A stretch of DNA of 64,000 bases from Camelus ferus (taxonomy: Eukaryota). Positions 27,351-39,697 of the stretch are shown here, piece by piece (within the stretch, counting starts at the first letter, position 1; every line of letters begins with the position of its first letter). Location of the stretch: contig NC_045697.1 in the NCBI RefSeq assembly GCF_009834535.1, positions 52,144,001 through 52,208,000 on the forward strand. Direction: 5' to 3'. A program made the position numbers and the translations under genes. The notes under the pieces are model-generated. The model was not told where the DNA came from. It worked only from the letters and a program-made list of their open reading frames with translations, and ran no database searches.

Positions 27351-28462
27351 AAGAAGAAAGTTCTTATTAGAGCTTTTTGTGTGTGTGTGGCTTGAAACCA
27401 TAAGCTTTGGGGGGAAAAGACTCTGATAAATTCTACTGCTTCTAAAAGAGATGATTTTATAACCTTTTGGAAGTGATCTTGAAGTTTGTGAGGACAGAAT
27501 TGTATAGTAAATTTAGGAATCTTTAATATATACAGTTATTTAAATTCCACTTGAATATTTCTAGGACAAAACAAGCTCACTTCAAAAAGCTGCTTATCGT
27601 TTCAGTTATCAATTAGCCGCAGCTACAATAAAATTCTCTCACACTGAACTGGTACCAACCACCAGTCCTTCTTCCTAGCTCTACTTAGGAGCAACATAAA
27701 ACAACACTGCCTCCTACTACCCCATCTCCGCACTACAGGAGGGCAGTTCTACCCTAAATGCTTTCCCTCTGTGCCCTTATCTTCAGCCCCACTGAATACC
27801 ATTAATAATTAATGGAAAATTTCTGCCTTATTTTGACCTTTTGAAACGGTGACAATATCCAACCTTGTAAACTAATCAATAAATTACAGTAGCTCTTTAT
27901 ATTCCGTCGACTATTAGCCTCATCAACCCGACTGACTTGTCCTCGTTTCCAAGATAACGTGAAATTTGAACCCGAACGGTTTTTTCCACCTTCTCTTTGA
28001 TCTTGATGGTATTTGAGTTTGTCTCTTATTACAAAATGCTGCTTAAGAGTGCCTTTATCCCTCAATTCTGACTTTTCTCACCTCAGTAATATAGTGTGTG
28101 TCAACCAGAAAGACACAGGGTGCAGCAGCTTCCCCTGCAGGCAGTTCTCACCAGAATCAGGCATTTTCACCGCTAATTCTAACAAATCCTAAAGAGACTT
28201 TAATCTCTTTTTAAAGGAAAGAAAGAAAACAGCCCCCTCCCCCCAGCCTGTATCCAGCCATTAACACTTCCACTCCAGACCATCAAACAAAAGTTTCCAC
28301 TTTGTCTTATGCATATTCACTCTTCCAGGGAGCTGAGGTGAGGACACTTAGGAGGTAAAAGGTAAAGGTAGTCACCATCATATCACCCAAGGTGGATTTC
28401 CCAATATTTAAATCCAGGAGGATAAGCTGCTAAACATTAAAACCATTTAGGACATTCATATA

Positions 28463-28465
<3 letters not shown>

Positions 28466-28497
<32 letters not shown>
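28466..28497. repeat. Poly(T)32 homopolymer
   Basis: Counted directly. Confidence 0.95.
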
Positions 28498-28498
<1 letters not shown>

Positions 28499-30089
28499 GA
28501 AAGAGAGAGCATCAGAAAGCATTGGGAAATTTCCTAGACTTACTTGCATGAATGATGAATCAGGGAAGGAAAACACCAGCTGCCTTCCATGTGTTCACCC
28601 TCTTGTGCGTGTAGTAGGCCTGGGGAACAAGTGGGTCTCACCATCAGTACAGAACTCATCCCCTGTGGGAACAAGCTCTTCCCAACCTCTTGAATGGACT
28701 TCAGAGTAAGTTCTATGATTTTTCTGATCCAATAATAAAGTCCTCTGGTCCTTCTGAACCTCAAAAGAACCACCTCTTAACAGTCCTGGGAAGGTCTGGT
28801 TAGTTTAATAATCAAAAATTTGTAAGTTCATTTAAAGTTGACGCTGGCCCCCAGATCTGGTGTGTTTCCATCCTTTTGCCGATGGTGGCAAAGGGATTGT
28901 CCTGTCTCCTCTCTGCAGTTCTCTTCTCTCCTCTCCAGGCAGCTTTTAGCTCTTCCAGGGGTAACGCACAGGACAGAGATGCCAGCAGGAAAGGAAGCAG
29001 CAGCAAATACTAATTCAGTGGGTAGTTTGGTGAGACAGTGTTGTTTTCTCTGGTAACGGGAACCGTTCAAAAGTTGACACTTCTCTTAGTGGGTTTTTTG
29101 GAGCTTTCTCTCCATCACCTTGCAGTCTCTCACATCCAGCTGGCACCTGGAGACCTCCCTTTGGCCCTTTGATTTTCTAATTGTATCTGCACAGAGGTAT
29201 CCCATTGTTGGTAGCCTGCTTCCCTCTAGATAAGCCTTTTTTGAGGCAGATGGGAGGGAAGACATTTAAGACAACTCCAGGCCAGTTTGCTCTCCTGTCT
29301 GATGTACATCGTGGACACAGGCCACAGCAGAGCTCCCCGCCACCCAGTCTTCTCCTTTGTTGCCCCAAGTCACTTAACCAGCCCTTTTCAGCTTTTAGAT
29401 TCCGCAGTCTGAGTCAGACGCCTGTCCCGTGTACACCAGCTTACAGGGGTTGCCTATCAAAGTCTGTTTCCTTGAAGCCCCTCTATGCTTGAAATGAGAA
29501 GCACTCTCCCACCATTTCCCTAAACCTACCACCCTTAGAACTTTCCCCCAAAAATATTTTGCCTAATTTCCATCTTTTCCATCAGCTCAATTCCTAGCCT
29601 TTCCTTAGAGCCTGGAGGAGGGTCAGGGGGCAAGGGTGGCAACACCAGCTCGCACACCCCTCCTTTAAAATCCTTAGCTCTTCACATTGGAATACAGACA
29701 TACACTCCATTTATTTTTTATTTCTTGTTTCTCTAAAGGCCTTAGGTGAGACCGAGGTAAAGAAAGGAACGAGGGATAAAAAGATTCTCACATTGTTGGA
29801 AAAACAGAACCTAAGAGAAGGACTGACTTATCAATAGGTTCTGACTCACTAGTTGGTATATATATTTTGATTTACCTACTTCTGATATTCTTTTCCTGCC
29901 CTCCATTAAGATTTATAGCAAATTCTGATCCATTGTGAGAAAACACAAAGGCACCAAAAATGAAACTGCAAATAGAGAAAATGCTACTTTCCCATCAGTG
30001 CATCATGTGGAAGACCCCTTTATACATACATACATTTACTGTAAAGTTTTAAGGGAAAAGATACAATTTTTACTATTTCTGGTTCCTAG

Positions 30090-30159
30090 GTCGAGATTAT
30101 GAGAAAGATAAAGTCTGCAAGGAACTTGCCAGTTTGGGAAAAGATGACTTCACATCTTT
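30090..30159 (+). CDS. GC: GC exon 2 (GRDYEKDKVCKELASLGKDDFTSL)
   Basis: Acceptor ttcctag|, donor |gtaagt; 70 nt, in frame with exons 1 and 3. Confidence 0.97.
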
Positions 30160-30627
30160 GTAAGTATGAGGTATTCACGCACTCTCTTGGTTACCTGACA
30201 TTGACTGAAGCTAAGTGTGCGGTGACTTCAATTCCATGTTGGGGGCTAATCTGACCTCTGCTAAGATTGAGAGCATAGTGGGCAGAGACGTCAGGCAAGC
30301 AGAGGATGCCCAAAGATTCCAGCTCAGCTGTAGTTACTGTGGTCTAAGAATTTGTCACAAGTTTTTTAATGAGTTGAGGGAATAAGTACACATAGTTTTC
30401 TAAGGTGAATTAAAAGCAAGTAGTACAAGCTAGGACTCCGGCAAACAAAGGCAATAAAGGTACAGAACCAGTTCATTTGGGGAGGCTGGAGGGAAGAACG
30501 AAGATGAAGCTGGTCTGATGGAACACCCAAATCCACCTTTTGCTGCTTTACAAGATTAGTTTTTGTTCTAGGTAAACTGATTTTTAAAGTCAATGTTATT
30601 ATTTTCATTCATCAAGAACGTGTGTGC

Positions 30628-30822
30628 ATTGTTAGCCACTATATATAAAAATAGATGAAAAGACAAATTTCTTCTGTATAGCACAGGCAACTATATAACA
30701 TCTTGTAACAACCTTTAATGAAAAAGAATAAGAAAATGAATATATGTATGTATATGCATGACTGGGACATTGTGCTGTACACCAGAAACTGACACATTGT
30801 AACTGACTGTACTTTAGTATAA
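30628..30822 (+). mobile_element. Short L1 3' end in intron 2 with target-site duplication
   Basis: AAGAAC(G/A)TGTGTGC at 30614-30627 and 30823-30836. Confidence 0.88.
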
Positions 30823-30936
30823 AAGAACATGTGTGCCATATTGCATTAGAAAATTGAACAGATTTCATATCACAATGTGCAAATGCGAAAACCTTTAAAA
30901 ATTCTGAATGTGTTGATTTACTTTTCCCCTCCTCAG

Positions 30937-31069
30937 GTCAATGGTCCTATACAGCAGAAAGTTTCCCAGTGGCACATTTGAACAGATCAGTCATCTCGTA
31001 AATGAAGTTGTCTCCTTGACAGAAGCCTGCTGCACTGAAGAGGCCGACCCCGACTGCTACGACAACAGG
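30937..31069 (+). CDS. GC: GC exon 3 (SMVLYSRKFPSGTFEQ...CCTEEADPDCYDNR)
   Basis: Acceptor cccctcctcag|, donor |gtaggg; 133 nt; overlaps listed ORF 30941..31216. Confidence 0.98.
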
Positions 31070-31636
31070 GTAGGGCTGTGCGGTTGGCCATCTCTATGGT
31101 GGCCCATAGAAGCGAGTCAAGTAGGCTTTTATGTTATATCTTGGGGGAGTCTTAGCAACCCACCCACTCCAAGGTTGGGAAAATATGAAGCCTATTATCC
31201 CAAGAGCCCAAGGTGATTCTAGTACAACAAGCCAATTTTGCCCATTAGTCCTACAAAGTCCAAATAAGAACAAACACCCAGTGGGGTTTTTATAGCAGAA
31301 TGCACGTTGGCCATCATATCAGAATCAATGGAGCTTTTTCCAATGACATCCCTCATCCTCAAAGATGTTAACATACTCGTGGAGAAACACTGAACTAAAG
31401 GATAAAACCTATAAAGGCTGCCCTCACACACAGCCCACAGTAGCTCTTCGGTGCTACTCTGAGTCACGTATTAACATAAGACCCCATATGTGCCTATAAC
31501 TGCAATTATTCCACTTGTCACGGACAGTGTGTCACCGAGTTTTAAAATTTAAGACTAAGATGTTATACTACATGGAGAACTACAAGCCTGAAAGCTCGCC
31601 TATATGAGTTTACTTGCTTTTCTTTTCTCGTCCTAG

Positions 31637-31848
31637 ACTTCAGCATTGTCTGCTAAGTCCTGTGAAAGTGACTCCCCGTTCCCAGTGCACCCAGGAACCG
31701 CTGAGTGCTGCACCACGGAGGGCCTTGAAAGGAAACTCTGTATGGCCGCCCTGAAGCACCAGCCACAAGAATTTCCTACCTATGTAGAGCCAACAAACGA
31801 TGAGATCTGTGAGGCATTCAGGAAGGACCCCAAGGGGTTTGCCAATCA
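31637..31848 (+). CDS. GC: GC exon 4 (TSALSAKSCESDSPFPVHPG...FRKDPKGFANQ)
   Basis: Acceptor tcgtcctag|, donor |gtaagc; 212 nt. Confidence 0.98.
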
Positions 31849-33028
31849 GTAAGCCGCCTTCATTGTATGTGGAACTTCAGGGGATAAAACAGCCAGCATG
31901 ATCTAACTGCCTGCTCTAGACACACACCTCTTACACCACGACCTGGCCAAATTTCAGTACCAAGAACTTGGCTGTCACCCAAGACAGCCCATCTCTGTCA
32001 GTACTAATGATTGTAAATGTCTTTCTCAGACAGAGATGCAACCAACCTTCCCAAACTCCTACCCTCTCTCACCCACGTTCTAGTATCCAAGCAGAAGCAC
32101 CTGGATTCCCTGTCCACGTGACATTTTCAAATATTTGACAGCAGCTACTGTGATTCCCCTTATGTTAGGGATCCTTACACACACCATCTGATAGAACTTT
32201 ATCACTGTGCACAAGTACTTATTTTCTGGTAGAGCATAATAAACAGCCCCTTTCTTCATCCCTGTAGTGCATCCCCAGAAACGGCTGTGAACATGACACA
32301 CGTACCACATAAGCAAACATGACTTTCACCTTCTCTTTGTTTAACATTCATGAGGAGCCAGATTATATATTGTTTCTTTAGTCTTGGAAGATCATAAAAA
32401 TGAAAAATGAGAAAAATTATGATAATAAAAAGTAAATACATTTTACATACACACACTGAAGTCAAAAGCAATGTCATTCAAACTTGCGTTAGAAGTATGA
32501 AATCAAGGTCATGAGTTTATAAAAGTTGGCTGGCTTGCCCATCCCTGTACATTTTCAGAGGATTTTGCCCAAGATCTCAGCATCTCTTTAGACCCTTAGG
32601 GGATTATGCACCTAAAAATTAAGATGATTTCAACGAGTAAGCATGCCTATACATTAACAGTCATCTAGAATAAACAGACAATGAAAGGTAAATCCAATGA
32701 AAGATAAATGCCTAACATTCATTTTAATTTGTTTGATCAACATTCATAAGCAGCTACTACAGCCCATGCACATGGCAGACACTAAATGAATAAAGGGACA
32801 AATGGGCCCCTCTCAAGTAATCCACCAGGAAAATTGGAAAGACTTTTTTTAACGAAAATATTGATAAAAGTAACTAGTTTTATGACCCTTTCTTTAAAAC
32901 CACAGTGCTTTTTAGATATTAAAACTATAAACTAACATAACATGCATCCTTTTTTCATCAAATACATATGAAAAAGTAGATTGTTTCCCACAAATGTTTT
33001 GACCAATCCTGCTATCTTCCCCCCTCAG

Positions 33029-33161
33029 ATTTCTGTATGACTACTCCATTAACTATGGACAAGCTCCTCTGACAATTCTAGTCAGTTACACCAAGAGTTA
33101 CCTGTCTATGGTGGGGTCCTGCTGTACCTCACCAAGCCCAACAGTGTGCTTTTTGAGAGAG
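33029..33161 (+). CDS. GC: GC exon 5 (FLYDYSINYGQAPL...CCTSPSPTVCFLRE)
   Basis: Acceptor cccctcag|, donor |gtaggt; 133 nt. Confidence 0.98.
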
Positions 33162-33468
33162 GTAGGTGTCATTTTATTCCATATGATGTTCTTTTCTTCC
33201 TTCTATTAATGCCATTTTTTTAAATAATGGTAAAAAAGAAAAAATTCAGATTCTGGAATCCATAAATGTTTCTAAAATGCCTCTTTTGTATTTTTTTAGT
33301 TGGAATAACACACATAACCACCTTTGGGGGGGAAATAAGTTCCTTTAGTCAGAATTCAGTTTTCTAGTTATTGAAAAAAGTCCTAATGGTCTCCTTCTGG
33401 CCATGCCTGCTCACTGCTTTCCATGGATCCTGACCATCTGATGAGATTCTCTCTCGCTTGTTTTCTAG

Positions 33469-33563
33469 AGACTTCAGCTTAAACATTTATCACTTCTCAC
33501 CACTGTGTCGAATAGAATCTGTTCTCAATATGCTGCTTATGGGAAGGAGAAATCAAGGCTCAG
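33469..33563 (+). CDS. GC: GC exon 6 (RLQLKHLSLLTTVSNRICSQYAAYGKEKSRLS)
   Basis: Acceptor ttttctag|, donor |gtaaag; 95 nt. Confidence 0.97.
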
Positions 33564-34629
33564 GTAAAGATTCAGCACCATCAGCAGGTTTAGCTGTTTG
33601 TTTCTGTAGTATCTATCCATTATCTTAGGATTCTCTAAGAAAACACTTAAAATAGAAGATACAAACCATAGTGTTATGCTCCAATAATCTTCAAAAATAG
33701 GGCCCAGTTATTTCTTTTCTCTTCACAAAATATGAACAATAAGGAACAAGAACGTTGTAAAAACATAATTTGCTTTTAATCAACTTTTTTCCCATATACT
33801 CACATGAGAAAACTGGTAGACCACTAGAAATTATTTCTTCAATATTCATATTGGCGTATATTACAAACACACAAGTAAAAACAATTGTTTTTGTTCATCT
33901 GTTACTTTCACTGCCCACTTTTTTCTTGGGAAATGACTTCCTGAATTCTTGTTATATGTACTATACAGCACAAAGCTTCATATCTCGTAAGCTTCATAAA
34001 GTTATCATAATCATTTAGCTACTTTGTAACCTTCAGTTTGATTTTTGTATGGCTACTGTTAACTTCAAACTTTAATTTTGACAGCTTCTGTTTAGCCTTC
34101 TCTCATATATCCTCAGACATCCAGATTTATATCTTTAGTATTTATAGTCTCTTTAATTCCATTTACTCTGATCCACAAGTTTTCTCCTGTAATGGACATG
34201 AAATAATCCATTCCAGCTCCAGATCCTAAGGCTACCCAAAGACCAAAGAAACTTCCTTCATAAGTCCTTTAAAAATAATCTTCCGTTAGAACTACTCAAA
34301 TACTAAATGGTATTTTCTCTAGACCATCCCCTTTAGTTTTCCTTTTGCATTAAGAGTATTTGGTTAGTAGAGCATAGAAATTTATAGTATAAAACCACCT
34401 ATAAAATATATGTTTTAATCATAAACTTATACCTGCATTAGTGTCTGGAAGTTTCTCCAAGGAAATATCACTGAGTGTGAACAATTGCTGCCACATTTTT
34501 TTTTTTAACATGAAAAACTTAAGAGACTTCCTAAATATCCCTAGAATAGAGCATGTTTAAATTATGATACATCCATATGGGAGACTATCAGACAGTTGGC
34601 TGTAATTATATTTTAAAAGAATATTTAAT

Positions 34630-36440
34630 AAAAAAACAAAACACTGCTAAAAGAAATTAAAAATACAATAGAAAGACATTCCATGCTCATGGATTGGAAG
34701 AATTAATATTGTTAAGATATCCATACTATCCAAAGCAATATGAATCTTATCAATATCCCAATGACATTTTTTGCCAAAATAGAAAAAGCACCCTAAAATT
34801 CACATAGAATATCAAAGGAATCTGTACAGCCAAGACAATCTTAAGAAGAATAAATCTGAAAGTCTCATACTTTGATTTTGAAGCATATTACAAAGCAATA
34901 GTAACACAGATGCTGTAGTACTGGCCTAACATGATACATAGAGACCAACGGAATATATTAGAGAGTTCCAAAACAAACCCTTATATATTTGGCCAAATTA
35001 TTTTCAACAACGGTGCCAAGACTACACAAGGGAGGAAGGACAGTCTTTTCAAATGGTGCTGGGAAAAGTGGATATGCACTTGCAAAAGAATGAGTTGAAC
35101 TCTTTCTTACCTTATATGACATAGTACAGTTAACTAAAAATGGGTTAAAGACCTAAGCGTAAGACCTATAACCAGAAAACTCCTAGAAGAAAACATAGGG
35201 GGAATGTTTCAGGACACCGGATTTGGCAATTCCTTAAACATGACACCAAAGCATAGGTAACAGCAAAAACAGACAAATAGGACCACATCAAACATAAATT
35301 TCTCCACATTAAGAAAACAATCAACCAAGTGAAAAGGCAACCTATGGAATGGGAGAAGGTGTTTGCAAGTCACATATCTAATAAGGGTTTAGTGTGTAGT
35401 ATGTATAAGGGACTTCCACAACTCAACAAAAAGTAACTTGATTAAAAATAATTGAATAGGGGGAGGGTATAGCTCAAGTGGTAGAGCACATGCTTAGCAT
35501 GCACGAGGTCCTGGGTTCAATTCCCGGTACCTGCTCTAAAAATAAATAAAATAAATAAACCTAATTACCCCTCACCACCACCCCCCAAAAAAAATTAAAA
35601 AGAAAAAAAAAAGAAACAGAAGAAAAATAATTGAATAGACAATTCTCCATAAAAAGATATGTAAATGGCCAACAAGCATATGGAAAGATGTTCAACATCA
35701 TTAAACATAGGAGAAATGCAAATCAAAACCACGAGATACCATCTCACACGCATTAGGATGACCACTACCAAAAGAACAAAATCCTGAGTGTTGGCAAGGA
35801 TATGTAGAGACTGGAATGCTTATACACTGTTGATGGGAATGCAAAATGGTGCAGCCATTATGAAGGTTCCTCAAAAGTTTAAAAATAGACTCACCATATG
35901 ATCCAGTTATCTCACTTCTGCATATCTATACAGAGAAATTCAAAGTAGAATCTTAAGGAGAAATTTGCACACCCATGTTAATTGCAGCATTATTCACAAT
36001 AACCAGAGATAGAAACAACCCGAATATCCACTGACAGATGGACAGATAAAGTGTGATATATACATACATACAATACATACATGTATTACGTATTATGCAG
36101 CCTTAAAAAAAAATCCTGTCACATGCTACAACATGGACTAACACTGAGGACATTTTGCTAAGCAAAGTAGGTAGTCATGAAAAGACAAATACTGTACGAT
36201 TTCACTCAAAAGTAATAAAAGTCACAGAAACAGACAGTAAAAAGGTAGTAGCCTGCCAAGGGCTGAGGGTAAAACAGTGGGGAAGTGACAGTGTTTAATA
36301 GGTAGAGAGTTTCAGTTTTGCAAGATAAAAAATTTCTAGAGTTTTGTTACATAAAGGTGAATACACTTACCATTACTGAATTATACACTTCAAACTAGTT
36401 AAATGGTCAACTTAATGTTATATGTTTTTTGCCACAGTCT
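34630..36440 (+). mobile_element. Older LINE-1 (L1MA/L1MB-like) ORF2 and 3' UTR in intron 6
   Basis: ORF2 signature ccatgctcatggattggaagaattaatattgttaag; 3' UTR gagtttcagttttgcaagat. Confidence 0.9.
35460..35622 (+). mobile_element. Vic-1-type tRNA-Ala-derived SINE nested in the L1
   Basis: A box (tagctcaagtgg) and B box (ggttcaattcc); 16-bp target-site duplication AAAAATAATTGAATAG at 35444-59 and 35623-38. Confidence 0.9.
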
Positions 36441-36963
36441 AAAAAGAATGATACAAAATCTATTCCTGATATATTAAGTAAAAAAGGCAAATAATAAATA
36501 CTTCAGGGAAATACACCAAAACCTTCACCCAGTGGTCTAGGGTGATAGGACTTCATTATTCCCTTTATCTGCAGTTTCTAAATGAATTTACAAAAACTTT
36601 TTTTAAAGGCTACAAGGGGCCACAAAAACACAGCACTGGCCTTATAAACAGAGACATTAGTGTTTTCTTCATTGCTGTCTTAGATCTAACATCTTAAAGG
36701 CATGCTTCAACTATGTAGATCTGGCCAGAAGAGAAGTTCTATGTCAGTACTGAAAATATAAAAAGATTCACTGAGGATGACTGAATCTTGAATAGTGACT
36801 TCTGCACAAAGGATCCATCACCTAGCACATGTGCTCTATGCAGCTGCTGAGGACAAAGAATGGTATTAAACTATGGTATTATTCCTCTAGACTGTATGTT
36901 CATAACAAAAGCCAAGAAAACTGAGAATATGGCTAGGCTAACAATTCATGTTTAACTGTTTAG

Positions 36964-37093
36964 CCATCTCATAAAATTTGCCCAGAAAGTGCCTACTGCA
37001 GATCTGGAGGATGTTTTGCCATTAGCTGAAGATGTTACCACAATCCTCTCCAAGTGCTGTGGCTCTGCCTCTGAGGACTGCATGGCCAAGGAG
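36964..37093 (+). CDS. GC: GC exon 7 (HLIKFAQKVPTADLEDV...CCGSASEDCMAKE)
   Basis: Acceptor tgtttag|, donor |gtaaga; 130 nt. Confidence 0.97.
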
Positions 37094-38117
37094 GTAAGAA
37101 AATCATCATCGTCACGGGCCACATACTGAATGGCAGGCACTCTCCTAAGCTGCCTCTCACGTGCATCTCAGTCTTCACACATATCCTATGAAATTTCAAC
37201 ATTGCTAACTCAGGTTTACATGTGAGGAAACAGCAGATGAGCAAGGATAATTTGAGGTCATACGACTAGTAAGGGACAAAGCCCGCACACAAGGACAAGA
37301 TTCTTATTCCTAAGAGCTTATTCTACCTTCACAGCCCAATGCAGCATCCACTAGCCATACAGGGTTAAGTTTAAATGGTAACACTAGCCACACTGCAAAT
37401 GCTCAGTAGTATTGAACAGAACAGACGGAGATCATTTCATCATCACAAAGTTCTGTTAGACAACACTGCAACTGTTACATTATTAGAACCATCTAATGTT
37501 TTTACTATACCTGTTAAAATTAGATACTCCAGTTTTTCACCATTTTCCATTTATATAATCCTTTCAAATAGATACAACTTTGAATTGTTACTTTACATAA
37601 AGGTCACTCCAAGTCTGTGGACCTCTTTGGAAATAGATGCTCTGTGTTACCTGGTCTTTTTCCATTAAGGATACCTGTCTGGGTCTGTAGGTGTTTTTCT
37701 ATAACCTGACTTCTAATGGCTAAGTAGGAGTCTACTGTATATACCTATTGCATGTACTGCATTTGTCTATCTAAATATACCATATTTTTATTTAGCTAGT
37801 CCTTTATATTTGATTTAGGTTGTTTCAGTCTGATATAAAGCAGTGCTGCCCTCAGTAGCCTGATAGCTAAATCTTCCCTTCACCCATAATTATTTTCTGA
37901 GAGTAAATTCCTGGAAATCAGGTTGTATACTTTAAGGCTTTTAGTACAGATTGACAAATTGCCCTCTACACATGTTCTACCAATTTATTTATAAGAGTAT
38001 TCATACTGACTTTTATAGACACCATGCCAGAGCTTATAAGCCTATGTAAGCCTTCCTTATTGTTAATTAGATCAACTGGGAAACTAACAATGCACAAACT
38101 CACAATTGCTTTCGTAG

Positions 38118-38320
38118 CTGCCTGAATACACAGTAAAAATCTGTGACAGCTTATCCACGAAGAATTCTAAATTTAAGGACTGTTGTCAAGAAAAAACACC
38201 CATGGACATTTTTGTGTGCACATACTTCATGCCAGCTGCCCCAACACCCGAGCTGCGGGACGTCAAGTTGCCCACAAACAAAGACGTGTGTGATAAAGAA
38301 AACACCAAAGTCCTGGATCA
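38118..38320 (+). CDS. GC: GC exon 8 (LPEYTVKICDSLSTKNSK...VCDKENTKVLDQ)
   Basis: Acceptor ctttcgtag|, donor |gtaagt; 203 nt. Confidence 0.97.
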
Positions 38321-39019
38321 GTAAGTACAATTGATCTAATTTGACAGTATTGGTATTCACTAACATTAAGTGACAAAGAAATTAAAATGGGAAGAAATGG
38401 TAAGCCTTTATTTTCCTCCAACTAAGAACTAAAATACACCATGGATGGCTCACACTGAGTTGCATATACTACAAGTTATGTGCATAGTCATTGCATAAAA
38501 ATATCTCAATTAACAGGCCCGAAAATCAAGTACAGAATTAGCGGAATTTAGACTGAATTGGGACTGAAACTCTAATTTACATTTGTCTAAATATTCATTG
38601 TTTTTATAAGTGCATCAACAATGAGATGAGACAATGGAATAATTTACAGAAACTACTTGCACAGAAAAGCCACTTAAGGTACCTACTTGATGATTTATAC
38701 AGGGTTCATTGTATTATAGTTGCACAAAGGACACTTCCATTGCATTTGAAGATTTGTTTATATATAAATACGTAAATGTATATATTACTACACACAGAAT
38801 TTTAATTTAGTTCAGTGAACTAGTCACAGTAGCTTCAAAGCAGTAACTTGCATTTCAATGAGAAGATTGCTCTTAACTTAAAACCTGATTTGGAGTCAGT
38901 TTCAGTTAAACCTAGCTAGGTGTTCTGCTTTTATAACAGATGTCAAATTCCAAAGCATGCCATGCATACACAAATCTACCCATGTTAAAGAGTATTATCT
39001 CCTCTCTCTCTCACACCAG

Positions 39020-39149
39020 GTATGCATTTGAACTAAGCAGGAAGACCCACATTCCAGAAGTGTTCCTCAGTAAAATCCTTGAGCCAACCCTGAGAGGCCT
39101 GGCTGAATGCTGCAACTCTGGAGAGTCTACTGCCTGTTTACATGAGAAG
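39020..39149 (+). CDS. GC: GC exon 9 (YAFELSRKTHIPEVFLSK...CCNSGESTACLHEK)
   Basis: Acceptor ctctctcacaccag|, donor |gtacga; 130 nt. Confidence 0.97.
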
Positions 39150-39190
39150 GTACGATTTGCTACATTGTCCTCACCAGCCTCGGTAGAGAT

Positions 39191-39481
39191 CAAGGGTTGG
39201 CAAACTGCAGCTCGTGGGCCACATCTGGCCTGGTGGCTGTGATCTAAGAATGGTCTTATATTTTTAAGTGGTCTAAAAATAATATTTCATTAGACATGAA
39301 AATTATATAGAACTCCAACTTCAGTGTTCATCAAGTTTCATTGGAACACAGCCACATCCACGGTTTACGGCCGCTTTTGTGTCATATTGGCAGTTAAGTC
39401 ATTACGGCAGACTGTATATGGCTTACAAAGCCTCAGATATTTACTATCTGGTCTTGTGTAGAAAATGTTAGCCATGATCTG
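39191..39481. mobile_element. MER58-like hAT-Charlie DNA transposon in intron 9
   Basis: Starts caagggttggcaaact...gggccacatctggcc; contains ttggaacacagccac and atatttactatctgg. Confidence 0.8.
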
Positions 39482-39599
39482 ATGTAGAGAATAATAAACA
39501 CTCATACTGATACATTGCATGGAATTCTGATTTAACTGAAATCTCCCTGAACAGTGTTTCAAGAAAAATAATTGTCATGTAATTATTATTTTCTTACAG

Positions 39600-39697
39600 G
39601 GCCCTCAGTTGAAGAAGGAACTATCTTCTTTCATTGCAAAGGGGCAGGAACTATGTGCCGATTATTCAGAAAACACATTTACTGAGTACAAGAAAAA
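39600..39697 (+). CDS. GC: GC exon 10 (GPQLKKELSSFIAKGQELCADYSENTFTEYKKK)
   Basis: Acceptor ttttcttacag|, donor |gtaagg; 98 nt. Confidence 0.97.

Noticed and set aside
28466..29700. Poly(T)32 as the tail of an antisense processed pseudogene
   Set aside because: There is no antisense AATAAA near the run, no target-site duplication, and the adjacent ORFs are unrecognisable. Treated as a homopolymer.
30941..31216. Listed ORFs overlapping GC exons (also 31646..31852, 38940..39242, and antisense or off-frame ones at 36952, 38143, 38151, 39011)
   Set aside because: They are exon read-through into introns or shadow frames of the real coding sequence.
35460..35535. tRNA-Ala(AGC)-like sequences (also at 47345-47416 and 54922-54995)
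   Set aside because: They are followed by SINE body and A-rich tails, have extended 5' G runs, and two of the three have clear target-site duplications. They are SINEs, not tRNA genes.
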